A DNA stretch of 64,000 bases from Nitrospirota bacterium (GCA_963790205.1 CAWBNQ010000005.1:149056-213055), one strand, 5' to 3'. Shown: positions 39,656 through 49,241, counted from the stretch's first letter. Notes: a model not told the origin generated them from the sequence alone. Made by a program: numbers and translations.

Positions 39656-39685
39656 AAAATACCATGTAACTTGTGGACTTGTCAA
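39656..39685 (-). promoter_or_regulatory. Putative sigma70-type promoter for rplU-rpmA(-obg)
   Basis: On the minus strand, TTGACA (39685-39680), an 18-nt spacer and TATTTT (39661-39656) lie about 55 nt upstream of the rplU start. Confidence 0.4.
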
Positions 39686-39993
39686 GGGAAAAATATCATA
39701 AAATGTCGGCATAAATACGATATTTCACTCCCGGCATGCTTTGCGAGCTTCTTCGCTGCCGTCATTCTCAGCGTCAGTCAGCAAAGGATCTTCAATTCTT
39801 GCCAGGACTGCTTCAACTAAAGTAGCTCTTTAAAATGACTGAGCCGCCGTTGTTTCAACAGCCCTTCAGGGAACGCACCGCCATACAGACGCCTCTCCCT
39901 ACACTACAATCTAAGGTGAGCCGGCCCTAAAGGGTTATTGTTCGGCCGTTGTTCTCCGTAATACCGTAGTTGCATGCGATTTGCGCGGCTTTC

Positions 39994-40021
39994 TTGACAA
40001 TCACAAATACCGTGATAGGAT
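39994..40021 (+). promoter_or_regulatory. Putative sigma70-type promoter for the 40064 gene
   Basis: TTGACA (39994-39999), a 16-nt spacer and TAGGAT (40016-40021), then an AAAGGAGG RBS before ATG 40064. Confidence 0.45.
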
Positions 40022-40063
40022 TTAAATAAGCTCAGGTTAGGATAAAAAAAGGAGGCGATTAAT

Positions 40064-40465
40064 ATGAAAAAGCTTATCCCGATATTGACGGTAATGGCGC
40101 TTGTGCTCGCTGTTGGAGTGGTTTATGCGTATGCGGATGAGAGCATGCCTATGGCGAAAGATTTGAGAAGCATTGTACAAGATGATAACATTACGTATGC
40201 CGCATTGGATAACGGCGTTACATTTGTCGGCATGGTAGAGCCGGGCATAAAGTGCTTCAGTGAAGGAGGCGAAGCAGGAGGCGGCATGGCAGTAAGCAAA
40301 GAGTTGCGCAGAACCGTGCAGGATGATAGATTTACCTATACTGCGCCGGATAACGGGATTTCGTTCGCGGCAGAAATCCCCACCTTGACCTGTTCATGGG
40401 GCCGGGGACTTGGGCGGAGTCTTGAGTTGCACAATGGCATTACCGTTCCCGGAGGAACTGAGTGA
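40064..40465 (+). CDS. Small secreted protein with internal tandem duplication
   Basis: Signal peptide (MKKLIPILTVMALVLAVGVVYA). It contains two roughly 25-aa repeats (KDLRSIVQDDNITYAALDNGVTFVG and KELRRTVQDDRFTYTAPDNGISFAA). A strong RBS precedes it. Confidence 0.7.
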   Translation: MKKLIPILTVMALVLAVGVVYAYADESMPMAKDLRSIVQDDNITYAALDNGVTFVGMVEPGIKCFSEGGEAGGGMAVSKELRRTVQDDRFTYTAPDNGISFAAEIPTLTCSWGRGLGRSLELHNGITVPGGTE

Positions 40466-40540
40466 AGATCGATAGTTTCCTCTTACCACGACGTAATTCC
40501 ATGACAGGTGCATGAGCAGAGGATACAAGCACCACAAAAT

Positions 40541-40580
40541 AAAAAATAGCAGGCTGAATCTCAGCCTGCTATTTTTTATT
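40541..40580. terminator. Bidirectional rho-independent terminator
   Basis: AAAAAAT, then an AGCAGGCTG-aatct-CAGCCTGCT hairpin, then ATTTTTTATT. It lies between convergent genes, so it can serve both strands. Confidence 0.8.
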
Positions 40581-40636
40581 TCCCGGGTCCCCCGCGAGGA
40601 TATTCCAGCCCGGTTCTGTAACACGCAATCTTCGGG

Positions 40637-41278
40637 TTACGGGAAGACGGCTCCCTGCGTTTTGCCGTGGATGGTCGATTCATCGTACCCCTTCTCTTCC
40701 GCGTTCAGTTTCTGCATTCGCGCGCGGCTCAGCGCCCGCACTTCGCGGTCGAGCTCGGCACAACTCGCGGCCGGAGGCAATGCGGCAATGGCGCGGGAAA
40801 GTTCGGTTGCCGCCTCCACCGCCATGTCGCGATGTCCGTTTTCATGCGTGATCAGGTGCTTCATGTAGCCATCCCATTTGTCCACAAGCGCTTGGGGAGC
40901 GCCGTCGGCATGCACCCATTTGGGATAGCGGTAGCTTATTTCAAGGGCCACTTTAAAGGAATCCGCGGTACATGCCCGGGGCGCGCGGTCATATCCGTAA
41001 TCCATTTTCCAGCGCCACATTGTCACGGAATCGTACTTTTCCCCGTCGTTAAACGCGCAGCCGTTCCGGCACATCTGGCCCCGTAATTCTTTTTCGCTGT
41101 TTCCCCTAATCTCGTAATATTCATATTTCTCGGTCACCACCGGAGCAACAACTCTGTTTTGTATCCCGGGGTGGAGGGCCTTGTCAACGCTTGCGACATT
41201 GAACCTGCCTTCTGCCGCGAAGGCTGTTGCGGCAGCGGCAATAAGCAGGAGGGAAAAGGCGCTTACCTTTATCATCAC
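40637..41278 (-). CDS. Secreted DUF922-like protein with HExxH motif (putative Zn-dependent peptidase)
   Basis: Signal peptide, then a conserved ITHENGHRDM (HExxH) motif. The size and pattern fit the DUF922 family. Confidence 0.55.
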   Translation of the reverse strand: MMIKVSAFSLLLIAAAATAFAAEGRFNVASVDKALHPGIQNRVVAPVVTEKYEYYEIRGNSEKELRGQMCRNGCAFNDGEKYDSVTMWRWKMDYGYDRAPRACTADSFKVALEISYRYPKWVHADGAPQALVDKWDGYMKHLITHENGHRDMAVEAATELSRAIAALPPAASCAELDREVRALSRARMQKLNAEEKGYDESTIHGKTQGAVFP

Positions 41279-41595
41279 TGGACTCCGATCAATGCTATGG
41301 GCTCTGCGCGATAGAAAATCTTCATTTTAAAAAATGCTCAAATACACCTTTTCGGCAGAAGAACGTGCGGCATGTAAGAACTGCGGCCGGCAAATCTTTT
41401 ACTCAGAATTGTTTCATGATACGTCTTTCAGCATTTCAATTCAAGATAGAAATACTGAAAAAACACCGGCGAGAAACCATGATTGGACGCGAATATAATA
41501 TTATTACTTAAGTAGCATAGCTCTCCTCAATACTTGTACAGACTCTCAAAAAGGAACTCATGCGGCCTTCCGTCTATTTCTTCTGCAAACAGGAT

Positions 41596-41625
41596 TTGAC
41601 ACGCCATCCAACAGCCTGCTAGAAT
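41596..41625 (+). promoter_or_regulatory. Putative sigma70 promoter for prmA
   Basis: TTGACA (41596-41601), an 18-nt spacer and TAGAAT (41620-41625), about 30 nt upstream of the ATG. Confidence 0.5.
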
Positions 41626-41654
41626 GAATCAAACTTAAGAGGCCCGTTTTTTTC

Positions 41655-42500
41655 ATGTCCTATTACGAATTCATCATAAAAATAACAGACCCTTTCAGGG
41701 AGACGCTGACCCAACGGCTCACGGACGAGGGCTGCCTCGGCGTGATAGAACAGGATGAGACAATTACGGCCTATTTCCCGGAGACCGTTGATATCGGAAC
41801 GATCACGAATGACCTGTCGCTTTTAAAGGCGCTTTTCGACAAATCCGATACGGTCCAAAACTTTTCCTTTACCCATACACTGATCCCCGAACAGGACTGG
41901 AACGAATCGTGGAAGAAAGGGTTCACGCCCCTTGACGTGGGTGAACGCTTCACGATCCTGCCGCCTTGGGAAAAGAGGCGTGAAAGCCGCATCAACCTCA
42001 TCATCGATCCGGGCATGGCCTTCGGCACCGGGCACCACGAAACCACGCGTTCCTGTCTCGTCTTAATGGAGAAATATGCCGGGGCGTGCGCGAAGGAGCG
42101 ATTTCTCGACCTCGGAGCCGGCACCGGGCTCCTTGCGATCGCCGCATCCAAACTCGGATACCGTCATATCGTGGCCGCGGACACCGACCCGCTGGCTATC
42201 GAGGCGACACGCATGAACGCCGGGCTCAACCAGGTCGCAAACGTGGATATCCGCGAAGGAAGCGTCGTCGAAGCCCCCGGACTGTTCGACTGCATCGCCG
42301 CGAACATCATTGCAAGCGTTCTTATCCGGCTGGCTCCGGCGCTGTCCTTGCACCTGAAGCCCGGCGGCATCGCCGTCCTTTCCGGCATTCTCAGGGGGCA
42401 GGAAAACGAAGTGATCGAGGCAATGGCACCAACGGGATTGAAACTCCTTGAGCACTATCGTGATGGGAAATGGGTTTCCCTGGTCTTCGCATCGTCATGA
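41655..42500 (+). CDS. prmA: Ribosomal protein L11 methyltransferase
   Basis: DPGMAFGTGHHETT and DLGAGTGLLAIAA motifs that are diagnostic of PrmA. Confidence 0.9.
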   Translation: MSYYEFIIKITDPFRETLTQRLTDEGCLGVIEQDETITAYFPETVDIGTITNDLSLLKALFDKSDTVQNFSFTHTLIPEQDWNESWKKGFTPLDVGERFTILPPWEKRRESRINLIIDPGMAFGTGHHETTRSCLVLMEKYAGACAKERFLDLGAGTGLLAIAASKLGYRHIVAADTDPLAIEATRMNAGLNQVANVDIREGSVVEAPGLFDCIAANIIASVLIRLAPALSLHLKPGGIAVLSGILRGQENEVIEAMAPTGLKLLEHYRDGKWVSLVFASS

Positions 42501-42588
42501 GGCCTTGAGTGTTCTCATGCCCCTCCCTCTCCTCCGCCACGCGCAGTACTCCCGGACCGTTTAAACTGCCGGAACAATACTATTTACA

Positions 42589-43545
42589 TTGCCTTCTCAA
42601 TCCCCTATAATCCCATTCATGAAATCGCCACGGCGTTCCCTTGATCGCCTTATCGTCGGCATCACTTTCCTCATCCTGTTCTCTCCCTCAGCCGCGCTTG
42701 CCACGCCGGATTACGCGCGCCAGACCGGCCTCGAGTGCGGCCGGTGCCACATTGACGCCATCGGCGGCGGTCCGCTGACCCTGGCGGGGAAATCCTTTCT
42801 TGCCGACCTGAAGCTCAAGGGCCTCTACCGGCCTCTCACCACGGGCAGGAAGATCGTGCGTCTCGGCATCGGATATCTTCATCTCATGTCGGCGATCCTC
42901 TGGTTCGGTACGATCCTGTACGTGCATCTGCTCCTCAAGCCAGCCTACGCGTCCAAAGGCCTTCCCAAGGGTGAACTCCGGCTCGGATGGCTCTCGATGG
43001 TCGTCGTCCTGATAACGGGCGCGCTCCTGACCGTCGCCAGGGTCCCGTCCCTTGAAATGTTCTACACCACGAGGTTCGGCGTCCTGTTGAGCGTTAAGAT
43101 CTTCCTGTTTCTGGTCATGCTGTCGAGCGCGGCAGTCGTGACCCTTTTCATCGGTCCGAAGCTGAGAAGACAGAAGGCCCTCGCCTCCCCGTTCCAGGAC
43201 GGCGCCTGCACTCCTGATGGTCTCTGTCAATATGACGGCAGGGACGGACGTCCGGCCTATATCGCCTACAAGGGCATCATCTATGATGTAACGAAAAGCA
43301 AACTCTGGAAGAACGGCTCGCATGCGACGAAACACGCCGCCGGCAGGGACCTGACCGCCCTCCTGAAAACCGCTCCTCACGGAGAGGACAAGATCCTCTC
43401 CCTCCCCGAGGTGGGAAGGCTGCTCGCGACCGGAGAGAAGGCCGATAAACCCTTCCATTTGCGGCTCTTCTACTTCTTTGCATATATGAATCTCGTCCTC
43501 GTATTCGTGATCACCTTCGTCATTGCGCTCATGAGATGGTGGTAG
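42589..43545 (+). CDS. Membrane protein with an N-terminal CxxCH heme-c motif, a CopD-like TM region and a C-terminal cytochrome b5-like heme/steroid-binding domain
   Basis: CGRCH immediately after the signal/TM segment. Several TM helices follow. The C-terminal YIAYKGIIYDVTKSKLWKNGSH...AGRDLT matches the cyt-b5-like family pattern. Confidence 0.6.
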   Translation: MPSQSPIIPFMKSPRRSLDRLIVGITFLILFSPSAALATPDYARQTGLECGRCHIDAIGGGPLTLAGKSFLADLKLKGLYRPLTTGRKIVRLGIGYLHLMSAILWFGTILYVHLLLKPAYASKGLPKGELRLGWLSMVVVLITGALLTVARVPSLEMFYTTRFGVLLSVKIFLFLVMLSSAAVVTLFIGPKLRRQKALASPFQDGACTPDGLCQYDGRDGRPAYIAYKGIIYDVTKSKLWKNGSHATKHAAGRDLTALLKTAPHGEDKILSLPEVGRLLATGEKADKPFHLRLFYFFAYMNLVLVFVITFVIALMRWW

Positions 43546-43714
43546 GCTTTCCTCCGGAAAGAACAGTTAGAACGATTTAAACTGTTTAATCCGTTTAAAC
43601 GGAACTCTTCCCGCGCATTTCTTCATATGATACCCGTCATAACACCATCCCCTGATCCATGGTAGAATATCCACATACTAAAACAGACACCCCCTTTTCC
43701 AGAAAGGATGACCT

Positions 43715-44029
43715 ATGGACGTACTCGATCTCAAGAAGCTGATCAAGTTCAATCCCGACAAGATTTCCCGCGAGATGCTTTCCGACAAGCCGGAGATGCG
43801 CGTAGCGCTCATGTGCCTCAAGGCCGGTCAGAAGCTCGACCCCCATAAGGCGCCGCTCCGGCTCATGATGTACTGCGTCCAGGGAAAAGGCACCTTCACG
43901 GTCGGCGATGAGAAGATCGAAGCGGATGAGAAGACCTGCATTCTCTGCGACCCCTCGGTCCCGCACGGTTTTGACGCGAACAAAGGCTCGGACCTCGTGG
44001 TGCTGGCGATCGTGACGCCGGTGGAATAA
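43715..44029 (+). CDS. Cupin domain protein
   Basis: 104 aa with a cupin_2-like two-motif pattern (G.K.D.H.., G.G.F.VG). Confidence 0.6.
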   Translation: MDVLDLKKLIKFNPDKISREMLSDKPEMRVALMCLKAGQKLDPHKAPLRLMMYCVQGKGTFTVGDEKIEADEKTCILCDPSVPHGFDANKGSDLVVLAIVTPVE

Positions 44030-44277
44030 ATGCCCGCGCGACCCCGTGTTCCCTAAATCCGGAGTATCCCCGGTGCGCGCTCTCGCACCGACGCCCGCCC
44101 TTCTCGTTCATGCGCCCGTTGTCAGACAATCAAACCCGATAGCGGTCATGGTGCTATGCCATCCAGTCAGCGATGAATGATACGGCCGGGCGCTTGTTTT
44201 ATTTTTTACAAATGAGCGGACATATGTTATATTGCGCTGTATCGGGAAAACGTTAGCCAGAGCATGAGGTTGCCAGG

Positions 44278-45054
44278 ATGGATTATCAAACCAGATCAAG
44301 CAGGGAAAAATCCCAGTACAACGAAAAGACCCTGAAGCGGGACTCCATAAATAAATATTTCATCCATGCCAACAGTCTTCTTTACTCCCGGCTTCACGAG
44401 GATGCCGGGAAATACATGCATCACTGCAAGGGGAAAAAGACGCTTGAACTGGGATGTGACGTGTGGAAAATATGGCTCGACAGCCCTGGGATAAGCCCCC
44501 GCGAATTGCATTGTATAAACATTTCCGAGGCCGAGCTTGAAACCGGCTCTCGTATGGCAATGAGCAGCACGGTTAAGCCGACGTTCCACTTGATGGACGC
44601 TCACAAGCTGGAATTTCCCGATGAGTGCTTCGATGTCGTCATTGGCGGCGCGATACTGCACCATCTTGATTTATCCAGAGCTTTACCCGAGATCCGCCGC
44701 GTTCTAAAACCCGGCGGCTTTATCATATTTGCGGAGCCCTTAAATATAAATCCTTTGTCGAAAATGATCAGAGGCCTGACGCCGAAAGCCAGGACTCTCG
44801 ATGAAAAAGCTTTGGGTTTTAAAGAGCTGCGCTCTATCGGCAATTATTTCGATATTTCCTTCACTGCATATCAGCTGTTTTCCATTCCGTTAAGCTTTAT
44901 TTCCATGCTGTTATATGACGAGGCGGGAAATCCTGTAATGCGATTCGCTGATTTCCTGGATACAAGGATGCAACAGCTGCTCCCTTTTCTCAAATATTAC
45001 TACCGGTACGCATTAATTACCGGTTACAAGCACTCTCATGGACACCGGGAATGA
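44278..45054 (+). CDS. Class I SAM-dependent methyltransferase (divergent glycine motif)
   Basis: Methyltransf_11-like core (FDVVIGGAILHHL, LKPGGFIIFAEP). Confidence 0.65.
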   Translation: MDYQTRSSREKSQYNEKTLKRDSINKYFIHANSLLYSRLHEDAGKYMHHCKGKKTLELGCDVWKIWLDSPGISPRELHCINISEAELETGSRMAMSSTVKPTFHLMDAHKLEFPDECFDVVIGGAILHHLDLSRALPEIRRVLKPGGFIIFAEPLNINPLSKMIRGLTPKARTLDEKALGFKELRSIGNYFDISFTAYQLFSIPLSFISMLLYDEAGNPVMRFADFLDTRMQQLLPFLKYYYRYALITGYKHSHGHRE

Positions 45055-45160
45055 AGCAAGCCCCGCCGATCGCTTCGCAGAGGCGCCAGGGCGCTCTCCC
45101 GGGCCTCAGTTTCTGAATAGTAACCCCAACCGGCGCACTATCCTTGGTGAAAATTAAAAC

Positions 45161-45841
45161 ATGAAGATCAAGGCGATAATTTTCGGAGCCACGGGCATGG
45201 TCGGAGAAGGAGTTCTCCGCGTGGCACTGGAGCATCCGGACGTTGAATCCGTTCTGGTCATAGGCAGAAGATCGTGCGATGTGAAGCACCCCAAGCTGAG
45301 GGAATTGCTTCACAAGGATTTTTACGACTATTCGGCCATTGAGGGACACCTTGCCGGATATAATGCATGTTTCTTTTGCCTGGGCGTCTCTTCCGTGGGT
45401 ATGAATGAAAAAGACTACACCCGCGTGACCTTCGACCTGACGATGGAGGCTGCTAAAACCTTGTCAAGGCTCAACCCCGATATGACCTTCTGTTATGTGT
45501 CCGGAGCAGGGACCGACAGCACTGAAAAAGGCCGCATCATGTGGGCGCGGGTGAAAGGCAGGGTGGAAAACCGTTTGAAGGAACTTCCCTTCAAGTCAGT
45601 GTATTTGTTCAGGCCGGGATTCATCAAGCCCATCAAGGGCCTCAGGCATGGGCACCTGATCTCCAAAGTAGTGGGAATGATGTATCCCCTTTTCAAAGTC
45701 ATAAGCCCGAAGTATGTATGCACGCTGGAGGGTGTAGGCCTTGCGATGATACACGCGGCCAAAGCAGGCCCTTCCAGACAGATCATTGAGAACAGGGACA
45801 TCGCCCGGCTCGGCGCGACCGAAAGGGGCGGCAAAGCCTGA
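45161..45841 (+). CDS. NAD(P)H-binding atypical SDR (YbjT/NmrA-like) oxidoreductase
   Basis: N-terminal IFGATGMVGEGV Rossmann motif. Confidence 0.75.
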   Translation: MKIKAIIFGATGMVGEGVLRVALEHPDVESVLVIGRRSCDVKHPKLRELLHKDFYDYSAIEGHLAGYNACFFCLGVSSVGMNEKDYTRVTFDLTMEAAKTLSRLNPDMTFCYVSGAGTDSTEKGRIMWARVKGRVENRLKELPFKSVYLFRPGFIKPIKGLRHGHLISKVVGMMYPLFKVISPKYVCTLEGVGLAMIHAAKAGPSRQIIENRDIARLGATERGGKA

Positions 45842-45914
45842 CCTGGTTCATAGACAAGCAAGCGTGACACACCCGCTCCGGAGTAGGTAGGCATGTTCAG
45901 TTGTACCACCCGTA

Positions 45915-47087
45915 TCATAGATACTTCTCCAGCCGGTCCATCCTGAAATACAGAAGCAGTTCGACGAAGGACCGCGTGTGCACGGGGTCTTCGTTCATGC
46001 CGAAGAGATGCGTCTTGCAATCACAGTCCGATGAGCCGAAGTCCGGGATGCGCCAATCCGCTATCTTCCCGAGCGCCACTGCGATCTCGCATTCGAGATC
46101 ATCGCTCGAGCGGACTGGAAGAACAGCGTGAAAATCGGCGGCAGCCCGCAGATAGTCGATGTGCCAATGATAATTTTTAATGAGTCTTTTATGCCGCTCG
46201 ATGCGCTTCGTGAGATTTGCTTTGGCGGACCCGACGTAGAGATAATATCCTTTTCTGAACTTGACCTCGACCAGGCCGCCGATCGTGATTTCCCGATCAC
46301 GTTTTAACCTTATAATAAGGATATAACTCCCGCAGTCATGGGCCTCCTTCGCAACGAGATCCCACGGAATAACGAGGTCTCGTGCCGCGCCCAACAGCAT
46401 CCCCGGATTCCATTCAACGGAGACGGCCCTTACCATGACACTGTCCTTTATCGACAGGAGCGTGCGCGAGAACTCGAGGTCCGTGTGGTGTTCAGGCATG
46501 AAGTACTCAGCTCTGTGCCAGTGGATGAGAAATACCACGGCGGCTTTCAATCCCTTTCTTGCAAGACCGGCCAGTTCCAGAAGATGCTTCGTCCCCCGCG
46601 CCGTGACGGCATCAGGGAACATGGCGATATGGTTGCCTACGAGGGTGCAGGATTTGATCTCTACAACGATCTCCTCCCCGTCCCTGCTGACCAGGAAATC
46701 GAAGCGGCTGTGCCCGATCGTGATCTCCGGCCTGAGGATGGTCGCCCCTTCCAGACCGGGTATTCTTCCCTGTTCGATGAGCTGTTGCGCAACGAGGTTG
46801 TTTGCGTGAGTATGGAGCATGATCGGGATGCCGTCGCGCTCTACAGCAACAACCGTGTAATCCGTGCTCCTTTCGGAGGGCTCATTATGCTTGACGAGGG
46901 AGAGAACGGCCCCGGGAAAGAAAAGTTCCCAGAGCCTGCCCGGATTAGGAAGATATGCCCGTACGGTTTTCCTGTTGACCGTGCAGTGGACAATGAATCG
47001 GTTAGGCCTGTCAAGAAATGCGCCTTTATGAATAGCAGGGGAAGACGGAGAAGGGCTGAAGAAAGTATTATTGCCGCGGCTTACCAT
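45915..47087 (-). CDS. SfsA-family nuclease fused to a C-terminal GIY-YIG-like (DUF123-type) domain
   Basis: The N-terminal 250 aa match SfsA (FLDRPNRFIVHC..., a central OB/nuclease core). The C-terminal 140 aa carry a GSYILIIRL...GYYLYVGSA...RIERH...HWHIDYL pattern typical of GIY-YIG/DUF123. I place the start at ATG 47087. Confidence 0.7.
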   Translation of the reverse strand: MVSRGNNTFFSPSPSSPAIHKGAFLDRPNRFIVHCTVNRKTVRAYLPNPGRLWELFFPGAVLSLVKHNEPSERSTDYTVVAVERDGIPIMLHTHANNLVAQQLIEQGRIPGLEGATILRPEITIGHSRFDFLVSRDGEEIVVEIKSCTLVGNHIAMFPDAVTARGTKHLLELAGLARKGLKAAVVFLIHWHRAEYFMPEHHTDLEFSRTLLSIKDSVMVRAVSVEWNPGMLLGAARDLVIPWDLVAKEAHDCGSYILIIRLKRDREITIGGLVEVKFRKGYYLYVGSAKANLTKRIERHKRLIKNYHWHIDYLRAAADFHAVLPVRSSDDLECEIAVALGKIADWRIPDFGSSDCDCKTHLFGMNEDPVHTRSFVELLLYFRMDRLEKYL

Positions 47088-47173
47088 AGATGAACACGGA
47101 TGCTGCAAAGTTTCAGGAGAAAAAGCGACACGAAAGCGGAGCTTGCTGCTCTTGTTGAAGCGGAAATCCTTTA

Positions 47174-47614
47174 TCAGCAGGCGTCGTGTTGTCGCATGAC
47201 AAAGTCATGCACTTCCGCGAAGACCTCAAACCAATTTGCATCGGCAACGGATTCGATATTGGCCCCGATGAGGAAAGAACCGTTTTTTTCAACACAATGC
47301 TTTATGCGGGCGCCGAAAGAGACTTCTTTTGCCAACAATTGCGCGATGGAAATAATGCAATCGACGGAGGAATCTATGTCCAGCCGCACGGCACTCACGA
47401 ACAAGACCCCGCGCCGGCTGAAATTTCCGATGTCCACATGCTCGAAAGCATTGCCGGACCTGACTCGCAGCTTGACGTGCTGTTTGTACACGGCAGGCAC
47501 GTGGTATCGTTCGTCCACCCTCTTTTCATGAGAGTCCCCATCGCGGTTGGACGTTCGGTGACCTTTTTTCCCATGAGTCATGTGCTCCTCCGTGGGGTTA
47601 TCAAGTACTCCCAC
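47174..47614 (-). CDS. PilZ-domain (c-di-GMP-binding) protein
   Basis: An RxxxR motif (RVDER) followed by an (N)xSxxG motif (NFSRRG) at PilZ-like spacing. Confidence 0.6.
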   Translation of the reverse strand: MGVLDNPTEEHMTHGKKGHRTSNRDGDSHEKRVDERYHVPAVYKQHVKLRVRSGNAFEHVDIGNFSRRGVLFVSAVRLDIDSSVDCIISIAQLLAKEVSFGARIKHCVEKNGSFLIGANIESVADANWFEVFAEVHDFVMRQHDAC

Positions 47615-47803
47615 TGTATCCTTTTAGCAAACCTCGACAAAAACATCAAGTAAAAAAAACGGGGCAAAAGCGCATATCTCCCGTGTCAACTGCGGGGCGC
47701 GCGTCGAAGCGCAACAGGGAACCGGGTCAGAGAAAAGGCTTGCTCCAGCTCAGGTTCAACAAAGCATCGTCACGCAGGAACCGGACATACTGTCCACAGC
47801 GAA

Positions 47804-47841
47804 AAATAAAAAAGCCCTCGGATTATTCCGAGGGCTTTTTG
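47804..47841. terminator. Bidirectional rho-independent terminator after the octaheme cytochrome gene
   Basis: A-run, then a GCCCTCGG-attatt-CCGAGGGC hairpin, then TTTTT. Confidence 0.8.
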
Positions 47842-47857
47842 ACGCTCGATCTTTTTT

Positions 47858-49216
47858 CTAATTCGCTGTTGCCCCGCCGTACCGCTGATTGTAGAACTTC
47901 TGGATATTCTCGAGCTGTTCCTTGCTGATGCCCTTGATATACCAGTCATGCCGCTCATTGGGCTCAATGTATTTCTTGGTAATCTCGGCGTAGAGCTCCG
48001 GACCGGCCGCTTCCTTCACCTGGGGCAGGAACTCCGTATAAAAGTTCTTGGCCACCTCGTAGATGCCGTGCCACCAGGCATAATCCGGGCCCATCATGGC
48101 CGCGCCGTGACGCGCGCGCCTGCCTTCATGGTGCCACAACTCAAAATAGGTCCACTCCAGCTTGTTCGAATAATCATTCGGCTTGAGTTTTCCTTTGTCG
48201 ATCAGTTCCTGCCGGATCGCGGTGGCCGGTATTGCGAACTTGTCATTGTAGAAGTTCACAAAGTTGTCGAACTGATAATAGAAGGCGTCCACAAACGGTG
48301 AAGCATGGCAGCTGTTGCAAACGTCCTTCATGTTCTCACGCCTCTTGTCCGCGTTCTCCAGTTTCTTCGAAACAGGCGGCCGCAAGGTCCAGCTGATCCG
48401 CGCGCCCACGTCGTGCGTAACCGGCTGGTTCGGCGTTGCGCCCATGTGGCAGGTGACGCAGGTCGGCGCGGCGCTGTAGTCCCTGCCCACGACCCACGAG
48501 TCCTTGTGCATATTCATGCGGTCCTTGTTTGCCTCGTAGGCGATACCGTGCTTGGACTCCTGGTAGATCTCGATCTGCGGATGGTCGGGTCCGAGATGGC
48601 ACTTGCCGCAGGTCTCGGGCTCCCGCGCCTGGGCCTTCGAGAAGTTGTGCCGTTGATGACAGGCCGAGCAGGAGCCCTTGGAGCCGTCGGGATTGATCCG
48701 GCCGATGCCGGTGTTGGGCCAGGTGTTTTTGTCGATTTTCCCGTCAGCGCCGACCTTCACGATTCCGCCATGGCACTGGCGGCACCCTACGGTGACCGCC
48801 TCGGGACCGCCGACAACTTCACCGAGGTAATTGTCCAGGGAGTTGAGAACGTCCTGCGCTTTTGCATGATGGCTCTCGGTCATCTGCTTTTCTTCCTTGG
48901 CATGGCATTTTCCGCAGTCCTTGGGGGATACGATGACGTGGATCGTAAAACCGTTGTGCTCCATCGCGCCGGGGTCGCCCTTCTCAGACTTGTGGCAGGA
49001 AACGCAGTCCACACCCTTTTCTGCGTGTTTGCTCAATCTCCACTCCTGCACGAACGAGGGCGACTGGGCCTCATGACAGCTGATGCATGCCTGGCCTTCC
49101 TTTGAAATTTTTACCGCCGCCTTCCCTTTTGCGGCTTCACCCGGTGTCGTTGAGAGGGTCAGCGCCGCGCCGAACAAGAGTGCCGCCAGAACAATAAACA
49201 CAGCCTTCGTTCTCAT
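47858..49216 (-). CDS. Octaheme c-type cytochrome, HAO/epsilon-Hao-like (putative nitrite/hydroxylamine reductase family)
   Basis: Signal peptide. Eight CxxCH motifs (CISCH, CVSCH, CGKCH, CRQCH, CSACH, CGKCH, CVTCH, CNSCH) in 452 aa. A strong RBS precedes it. Confidence 0.7.
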   Translation of the reverse strand: MRTKAVFIVLAALLFGAALTLSTTPGEAAKGKAAVKISKEGQACISCHEAQSPSFVQEWRLSKHAEKGVDCVSCHKSEKGDPGAMEHNGFTIHVIVSPKDCGKCHAKEEKQMTESHHAKAQDVLNSLDNYLGEVVGGPEAVTVGCRQCHGGIVKVGADGKIDKNTWPNTGIGRINPDGSKGSCSACHQRHNFSKAQAREPETCGKCHLGPDHPQIEIYQESKHGIAYEANKDRMNMHKDSWVVGRDYSAAPTCVTCHMGATPNQPVTHDVGARISWTLRPPVSKKLENADKRRENMKDVCNSCHASPFVDAFYYQFDNFVNFYNDKFAIPATAIRQELIDKGKLKPNDYSNKLEWTYFELWHHEGRRARHGAAMMGPDYAWWHGIYEVAKNFYTEFLPQVKEAAGPELYAEITKKYIEPNERHDWYIKGISKEQLENIQKFYNQRYGGATAN

Positions 49217-49241
49217 CTTTGCCTCCTTTGTTTCCCAGGAT

